A stretch of 62,948 nt of DNA, the filler included, from a candidate division TA06 bacterium SM23_40 (GTDB lineage: Bacteria; LJUI01; SM1-40): NCBI GenBank assembly GCA_001303705.1. It is 4 parts of 4 records of this genome, joined end to end, with 100 filler letters (N's around TTAATTAATTAA, not from the genome) between each part and the next. Parts side by side here need not be neighbours in the genome. Positions count along the whole stretch, not along the records: positions 41,892 to 62,948 come from LJUI01000049.1; 3 more parts are not named here. The stretch is one strand, 5' to 3'. Below are positions 57,973 to 62,948 of the stretch, in pieces. The position numbers and the translations under genes are program-made. The first letter of the stretch is position 1; every line of letters starts with the position of its first letter. The notes under the pieces were generated by a model. The model ran no database searches and had not been told where the DNA came from. It saw only the letters and a list, made by a program, of their open reading frames with translations.

Positions 57973-59796
57973 TCAACCCTCTCTCGGTCTGCCCTCGACC
58001 GCATCCTCTCCCTCCCCGTTCTGGTGCTCCGTCCCCGCAGCCTCTTCACCGCTCGAACCACCGGTCTCGACCGCGAGCAGCTCGGGCTCGGTCTTCTCCT
58101 GCTCGATTCCCTCTCCCTCTGCCCCCTCACCTGCAGCCGCCTTCGCTGGAGGCTCTCTCTTCTCTAACGGTACCTCTGCCCTGAGAGGAGCCTCTTGGGC
58201 TGCCTCCTGCACGGGTTCCTCCGCCGCAACAGGCGCATCCTCGACCTCTTCCCCGGGAACCATCTCCTCGGCTTCTTCCGCAGCACCGGCTTCTGCCTCG
58301 GCAGCAACTTCCTCGGCCTTCTCCTCAGCAGGCGCCTCCGCCTCGGCAGCGACCTCCTCGACTTTCTCCTCAGGAGGCGCTTCCGCCTCGGCAGCGACCT
58401 CCTCGTCCGGCTCCTCAACAACCTCCTCTGCCGCCGCTGGCTCCTCGGGCTCCTCCGCTTCCAACCCCTCTGCCTCTTCCCCCCCCTCCTCCGCTGCTTC
58501 TCGAGCCTCCAGAGCTTCCTCTATCTCGCGGAGCGCGGTCTCCTTCACGGCAATAGCCTCTTCCACCGACGCCATCAGCTTGTCCGCGGTCTTTTCGCCC
58601 ACTCCCTTGATCGCGAGCATCGCTTCCTTCCCCGCCTCGCGGATCTTCTGGGCCGAGTCGAGCCCGGCCCCCAGGAGGCGGCCCCTCAGCTTTTCCCCCA
58701 CGCCGGCAAGCTCATCCAGCGTGACCAACAGCAGCTCTTCCCGCCGTTGACGTTTCCCGTACTCTGTCTCGCTGACCATATCGATCCGCCATCCAGTCAG
58801 CTTCGCAGCGAGCCGTGCGTTCTGGCCTCCTTTGCCGATGGCGAGCGATAGCTGGTCATCCGGTATGATGACCGTGATCCGGTGTGATGTCTCGTGTGCA
58901 ATCGTCCTCGTCACCTTGGCAGGAGAGAGCGCCCTGCTCACGAATGTGGCCGCATCAGGGCTCCACTGGACGATGTCTATCTTCTCGCCGCTCAGTTCCC
59001 GCACGATCGCCTGCACCCTCGATCCCCTCAGGCCGACGCAGGCGCCGACAGGATCGACCCTCTCCTCTTTGGAGACGACGGCGATCTTCGAGCGATCGCC
59101 GGGCTCACGGGCGACGGCCTTGATCGCTACTATCCCATCGTAGATCTCGGGAACCTCGAACTGGAAGAGCTTCTGAAGGAATTCAGGATGTGTGCGGGAA
59201 AGGACTACCTGCGGCCCCTTGGACGTCTTCAGCACATCGAGGATATAGGCCCGTACCGTATTGCCCTGGCGGTACCGCTCGGTATGCATTTGCTCGCGCA
59301 GCGGCAGGATCGCCTCAGTGCGGCCCAGGTTGATGATGATCCCGCGGCGATCGATCTGCTGGACCGTTCCGGTGACTATCTCGCCGATTCTCGCGTGGAA
59401 ATCGTTGTATATGCGTTCACGCTCGGCCTCTCGCACGCGCTGCAGCAGTATCTGTTTAGTCACCTGAATCGCATTCCGCCCGAACTCCTCGAACGGAAGT
59501 TCGACTTTGACCGTGCCGCCTATCTCGATATCTGGTTGGATCTCGCGGGCCGATGCGAGATCGATCTCCTCAGCCGGCTTGGTCACTTCTTCGACTACGG
59601 TCTTCGTAGCGGTCATACGAACCCCACCGCTCTCTTCTCCAACTTCGATTTCGATATTGTCTACTGTCCCATAGCGCTTCTTCGCTCCCGCCAGCAGCCC
59701 GGTGCGCAACGTCTCGACGACCAGCTCGCGGTCTACACCACGCTGTCTGGTGATCTGTGCCAGCGCCTCGAGAATCTCGTAATTCGTCGATTCCAT
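57973..59796 (-). CDS. nusA: Transcription termination/antitermination factor NusA with long acidic tail
   Basis: FGRNAIQ, S1/KH domains (REPGDRSK, AIGKGGQNARLAAKLTGW), HhH, Ala/Glu-rich tail. Confidence 0.95.
   Translation of the reverse strand: MESTNYEILEALAQITRQRGVDRELVVETLRTGLLAGAKKRYGTVDNIEIEVGEESGGVRMTATKTVVEEVTKPAEEIDLASAREIQPDIEIGGTVKVELPFEEFGRNAIQVTKQILLQRVREAERERIYNDFHARIGEIVTGTVQQIDRRGIIINLGRTEAILPLREQMHTERYRQGNTVRAYILDVLKTSKGPQVVLSRTHPEFLQKLFQFEVPEIYDGIVAIKAVAREPGDRSKIAVVSKEERVDPVGACVGLRGSRVQAIVRELSGEKIDIVQWSPDAATFVSRALSPAKVTRTIAHETSHRITVIIPDDQLSLAIGKGGQNARLAAKLTGWRIDMVSETEYGKRQRREELLLVTLDELAGVGEKLRGRLLGAGLDSAQKIREAGKEAMLAIKGVGEKTADKLMASVEEAIAVKETALREIEEALEAREAAEEGGEEAEGLEAEEPEEPAAAEEVVEEPDEEVAAEAEAPPEEKVEEVAAEAEAPAEEKAEEVAAEAEAGAAEEAEEMVPGEEVEDAPVAAEEPVQEAAQEAPLRAEVPLEKREPPAKAAAGEGAEGEGIEQEKTEPELLAVETGGSSGEEAAGTEHQNGEGEDAVEGRPREG
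58270..58404 (-). repeat. Three 45-bp (15-aa) coding repeats in the NusA tail
   Basis: EEVAAEAEAPPEEKV / EEVAAEAEAPAEEKA / EEVAAEAEAGAAEEA. Confidence 0.8.
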
Positions 59797-59862
59797 CGAA
59801 AAAACGTCTCCTCATCCGTGCCAGGGCCACGTGCCGCACCCAGGGGCCGGCCGACCTCTCGG

Positions 59863-60360
59863 TCACGACTCCCGGCGAGACCCGAAGTCGACGACCGGCG
59901 AGGCCCTGTCGACCTGTTCAAATCCAATCTCGGTGACGTCTCCGGAGACGAGCCTGAGCCTGATCGCTCCCTCGCCCACGGAGAGAAGCTCACCGATAAC
60001 TTCTCTACGCCCCTTCTGGCGCTGTCCCGTCCCCCTTGTCGATATCCGCACCTGCCTGCCGACCGCCCGCCTGAAGTCGGCCGGAGTCGTGAGCGGACGG
60101 GCGAGTCCGGGAGAAGAGACTTCAAGCCGATATCGTCCATCGATCAGATCTTCGATGTCGAGCCTGAGAGATATGTCCCGGGAGATCGCGGCACACTCGT
60201 CCACGTTGATGCCGCCGACCCGATCGACGTACAACCGGACTATGATATTGCCCGGGCTTCCTCTGCATTCCACGTCGATTAGCTCGAACCCGCCGCGTTC
60301 GACCAGCGGCCGGACGAGCGTCATGAGCCGCTCGATCAGTTCAGGCCTTGCCGACATCAC
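59863..60360 (-). CDS. rimP: Ribosome maturation factor RimP
   Basis: GINVDECAAIS, YRLEVSSPGLARPL. Upstream of nusA. Confidence 0.93.
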   Translation of the reverse strand: MMSARPELIERLMTLVRPLVERGGFELIDVECRGSPGNIIVRLYVDRVGGINVDECAAISRDISLRLDIEDLIDGRYRLEVSSPGLARPLTTPADFRRAVGRQVRISTRGTGQRQKGRREVIGELLSVGEGAIRLRLVSGDVTEIGFEQVDRASPVVDFGSRRES

Positions 60361-60381
60361 CTGATCCTGCTAACTATCCAA

Positions 60382-60406
60382 AGAGTGGGCTCCGCATGCC
60401 CACTCT
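60382..60406 (-). promoter_or_regulatory. rimP-leader hairpin (attenuator-like)
   Basis: AGAGTGGGC-N7-GCCCACTCT followed by TT on the minus strand, just upstream of the rimP RBS. Confidence 0.6.
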
Positions 60407-60476
60407 GTGACAAATCTATCATAGAGTGCTACGGACCGCAAGCGAAAAACATCATCTGAGAAAGTGGGCCACATAC

Positions 60477-62180
60477 CTAGATATCCGCTTCTTCACGCAG
60501 GCGATTGACCACCGACAGAACATCGCCCGGAGCGCTGAGCATCTGCTCTCCCGTCTTGCGCACGCGGACCTCTACCTTGCCCGAGGCCAGGCTCCGTTCG
60601 CCCACCGTCACCCGGATGGGAATGCCGATCAGATCGGCATCCTTGAACTTGGAGCCAGGCCGCTCGTTCCGATCGTCCAACAATACCTCGAGCCCCGACG
60701 CCGTCAGAGTTCTGTACAGATCCTCTGAAACGGCCACTGTCTCCCCGTGATCAACGTTGACAGGCAAGACGAGGACATCGTAGGGGGTAACTGAGGTCGT
60801 CCAGACGATGCCCTCATCGTCGTGTCCCTGTTCGATCACAGCCGCCATGATCCGCTCGAGTCCGATCCCGTAGCTCCCCATCACGATCGGGTGCTCGACT
60901 CCATCTTTATCCGAATAGGTCGCACCCAGGCTGGACGAGTACTTCGTCCCGAGTTTGAAGATATGCCCGAGCTCGATCGCCCGCTCCACCTTCACTTCGC
61001 CCTCGCACTCGAGACAACCCTCCCCGTCGCTGACGGCATGTACATCCCCGAATTCGTCCGGCACGAAGTCACGGCCGACGTTGATGCCGATCACGTGATA
61101 GTCATCTCGGTTCGCTCCCGAGACGTATCCGTATCCGCCCTCGAGTGACTTATCCGCTATGATCCTGATCCCGCTCAGGCCGACCGGGCCTATGAATCCG
61201 ATGTTCGCTCCCACCGCGGCCAGCACCTCATCGGGCTCGGCCGGGCGCACCGACGGCCCGAGGATCGACTGGAGCTTGGACTCGCTCACCTCATGATCCC
61301 CTCTCACCAGAACGAGGATCGGCGAGCCGTCTGCCACATACATGAGACTCTTCATCAACTGGGCGGCCTCAACATGCAAGAAATTAGAGACTTCCTCTAC
61401 TGTGCGAACGCCCGGAGTGTGGACCTGTTCAAGCGGCCTGTCAGGGAATTCCTTCGGCCGGGGCCGCCCTCCCGCAACCTCCAGATTCGCGGCATATCCA
61501 CACGAGCCGCACGTGACGACCGCATCCTCCCCTGCGGGAGACGGAACGAGGAATTCCTGTGACCCAGATCCCCCCATCAGGCCGCTCGACGCTCCGGCGA
61601 CGAAATAGGAGAGTCCACAGCGGTCGAAGATATTCCTGTATGCCTGGTAGTGGAGTTGATAACTCTTGTCCAATCCCTGTTCATCGACATCCAGTGAGTA
61701 GGAATCCTTCATGATGAACTGGCGGGCCCGCAACACAGCTGACCGCGGGCGCGGCTCATCCCGGAACTTCGTCTGAATCTGATACCAGATCTGCGGGAGA
61801 TCTCGATATGAACGGATCTCTCGCCGGGCGATATCTGTGATGATCTCCTCGTGTGTCGGCGCCAGACACATGGGCCGTCCCTTCCTATCCCGCAGCCGGA
61901 ACAACTCGTCACCGAAATCGTTCCACCGTCCGGTCTCCTCCCAGATCTCGCTTCCGCTCAGCACCGGCAGGAAGAGCTCTTGAGCGCCGATCCTATCCAT
62001 CTCCTCGCGGATGATCGTTTCGATTCTCTTCAGCACCCGCCAGGCGAGCGGTAGATAGGAATAGACGCCTGCGGCCAGCAGGCGAATCATCCCCGCCCGG
62101 AGCATCAAGATATGACTCGCCACCTCCGCATCGGAGGGATTCTCTTTCAACGTAGGGATGAGACCCTGACTCCACCGCAC
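60477..62180 (-). CDS. proS: Proline--tRNA ligase (bacterial type with editing domain)
   Basis: GTG after GGAGG. PTHEE, QTKFRDEPRPR, ELGHIFKLGTKYS, MGSYGIG. Confidence 0.96.
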   Translation of the reverse strand: MRWSQGLIPTLKENPSDAEVASHILMLRAGMIRLLAAGVYSYLPLAWRVLKRIETIIREEMDRIGAQELFLPVLSGSEIWEETGRWNDFGDELFRLRDRKGRPMCLAPTHEEIITDIARREIRSYRDLPQIWYQIQTKFRDEPRPRSAVLRARQFIMKDSYSLDVDEQGLDKSYQLHYQAYRNIFDRCGLSYFVAGASSGLMGGSGSQEFLVPSPAGEDAVVTCGSCGYAANLEVAGGRPRPKEFPDRPLEQVHTPGVRTVEEVSNFLHVEAAQLMKSLMYVADGSPILVLVRGDHEVSESKLQSILGPSVRPAEPDEVLAAVGANIGFIGPVGLSGIRIIADKSLEGGYGYVSGANRDDYHVIGINVGRDFVPDEFGDVHAVSDGEGCLECEGEVKVERAIELGHIFKLGTKYSSSLGATYSDKDGVEHPIVMGSYGIGLERIMAAVIEQGHDDEGIVWTTSVTPYDVLVLPVNVDHGETVAVSEDLYRTLTASGLEVLLDDRNERPGSKFKDADLIGIPIRVTVGERSLASGKVEVRVRKTGEQMLSAPGDVLSVVNRLREEADI

Positions 62181-62220
62181 AAGCGAAACCTCCGTTGTGA
62201 ACGCCGCTTTCTGGCCGTTC

Positions 62221-62249
62221 ACTCTAACAGATGGGCTGACAACCGTCAA
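62221..62249 (-). promoter_or_regulatory. Sigma70-type promoter P2 of the proS-rimP-nusA-infB operon
   Basis: Minus strand TTGACG-N17-TAGAGT with extended TG. Confidence 0.65.
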
Positions 62250-62305
62250 CCCCTTTTTCACTTAGAGAAATCGCCGAGTGACTGCACTCGGCGCTTCCAC
62301 GTCCC

Positions 62306-62334
62306 AACATAGGGTATCACGCCCCTGTTGTCAA
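62306..62334 (-). promoter_or_regulatory. Possible upstream promoter P1
   Basis: Minus strand TTGACA-N17-TATGTT, followed by a hairpin at 62272-62293. Confidence 0.5.
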
Positions 62335-62419
62335 GAGAAATCTAGGGCAGGGCCGCCTTTCGGGAAGTGTCGGGACTGCGGTAACTTCTGCCGGGGTGAC
62401 AGGTATGTGGGAGGCGCTG

Positions 62420-62947
62420 TCATGCCTTGACGAGTACCCCGCGGTCGGCGAGGGCTCCGTCGATCAGCCCCCACAGGCCTTCCTCACCCCTGGCCACCTC
62501 GAGCTCGACCACGAGGACGAGAACGGGCGCCTTCGTGCCTGCGGGATCCCGGCCCCCCATCACGTCGTCGATCCCGGCGGCCGCGATGCGGACGGCATCC
62601 TTCTCCGTAGTGATGACGGCCTGGGCGCCTGCCGCCGCGGCACGCTGCTGTGCCTCCTCGAGATCGCGGGCGCGGTACCACCAGTGGTCCGGATAGCGCA
62701 GCGACGAGACGACCTCGGCACCGAGACCGCAGAGCGTCCTCTCGAACGATGCGGGATTGCCGATCCCCGAGAGCGCGATGACCGGCCTTCCCCGCAGCCA
62801 CTCGAGGCTGCGTCTCTCCCCTGCAAGGAGCTGGAAGAGCCACATCGGCCGGAACCGGCACTCAACAGGATCGATCGGGAGCGTGCGTACCGCATCCATA
62901 CTCACGAGTTCCTTCTCCCAATCCCGGTCCGATTCGTCGACCCTGGT
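62420..62947 (-). CDS. lpxK: Tetraacyldisaccharide 4'-kinase, C-terminal part
   Basis: TRVD, ALSGIGNPASF, YPDH, ITTEKDAVR. Open to the window edge. Confidence 0.85.
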   Translation of the reverse strand, partial: TRVDESDRDWEKELVSMDAVRTLPIDPVECRFRPMWLFQLLAGERRSLEWLRGRPVIALSGIGNPASFERTLCGLGAEVVSSLRYPDHWWYRARDLEEAQQRAAAAGAQAVITTEKDAVRIAAAGIDDVMGGRDPAGTKAPVLVLVVELEVARGEEGLWGLIDGALADRGVLVKA

Positions 62948-62948
62948 G

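Overview
GC-rich bacterial draft-genome/MAG window made of four unrelated contigs joined by artificial N44-TTAATTAATTAA-N44 linkers (contigs 1-17004, 17105-34040, 34141-41791, 41892-62948), so gene context cannot be read across the linkers. FlgD-Ig/T9SS-like C-terminal sorting domains, a PorV/PorQ-family barrel and lpxK suggest a diderm FCB-superphylum candidate lineage (inference). Contig 1 holds rocD/ptsN, secreted proteins, a selenocysteine-containing protein disulfide oxidoreductase missed by the ORF track (UPYC plus a SECIS hairpin), and a compact sigma54 signalling cassette. That cassette is an aspartate-less-receiver enhancer-binding protein, a ZU5-like lipoprotein ending in an autoproteolysis-type HF|S motif followed by 6 residues, and a cytoplasmic TPR-HD-GYP phosphodiesterase, with two consensus -24/-12 promoters and a downstream 41-bp tandem repeat array. 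It is the best candidate for an undescribed system. Contig 2 holds T9SS-like cargo/PorV genes and an ArnC/ArnD-like, methyltransferase, B12 radical SAM, DUF2723 (TMEM260-like GT-C) glycosylation operon. Contig 3 holds glnS, a cupin and a frameshift-split beta-helix/clan-CD-peptidase/Kelch protein. Contig 4 holds the conserved proS-rimP-nusA-infB-rbfA-truB-ribF-rpsO-pnp run, followed by a PimA/PatA-like glycolipid cluster whose GT4 gene has an internal deletion and frameshift. No tRNA, rRNA, CRISPR or mobile element was recognised. All family calls are by motif recognition, not database search.
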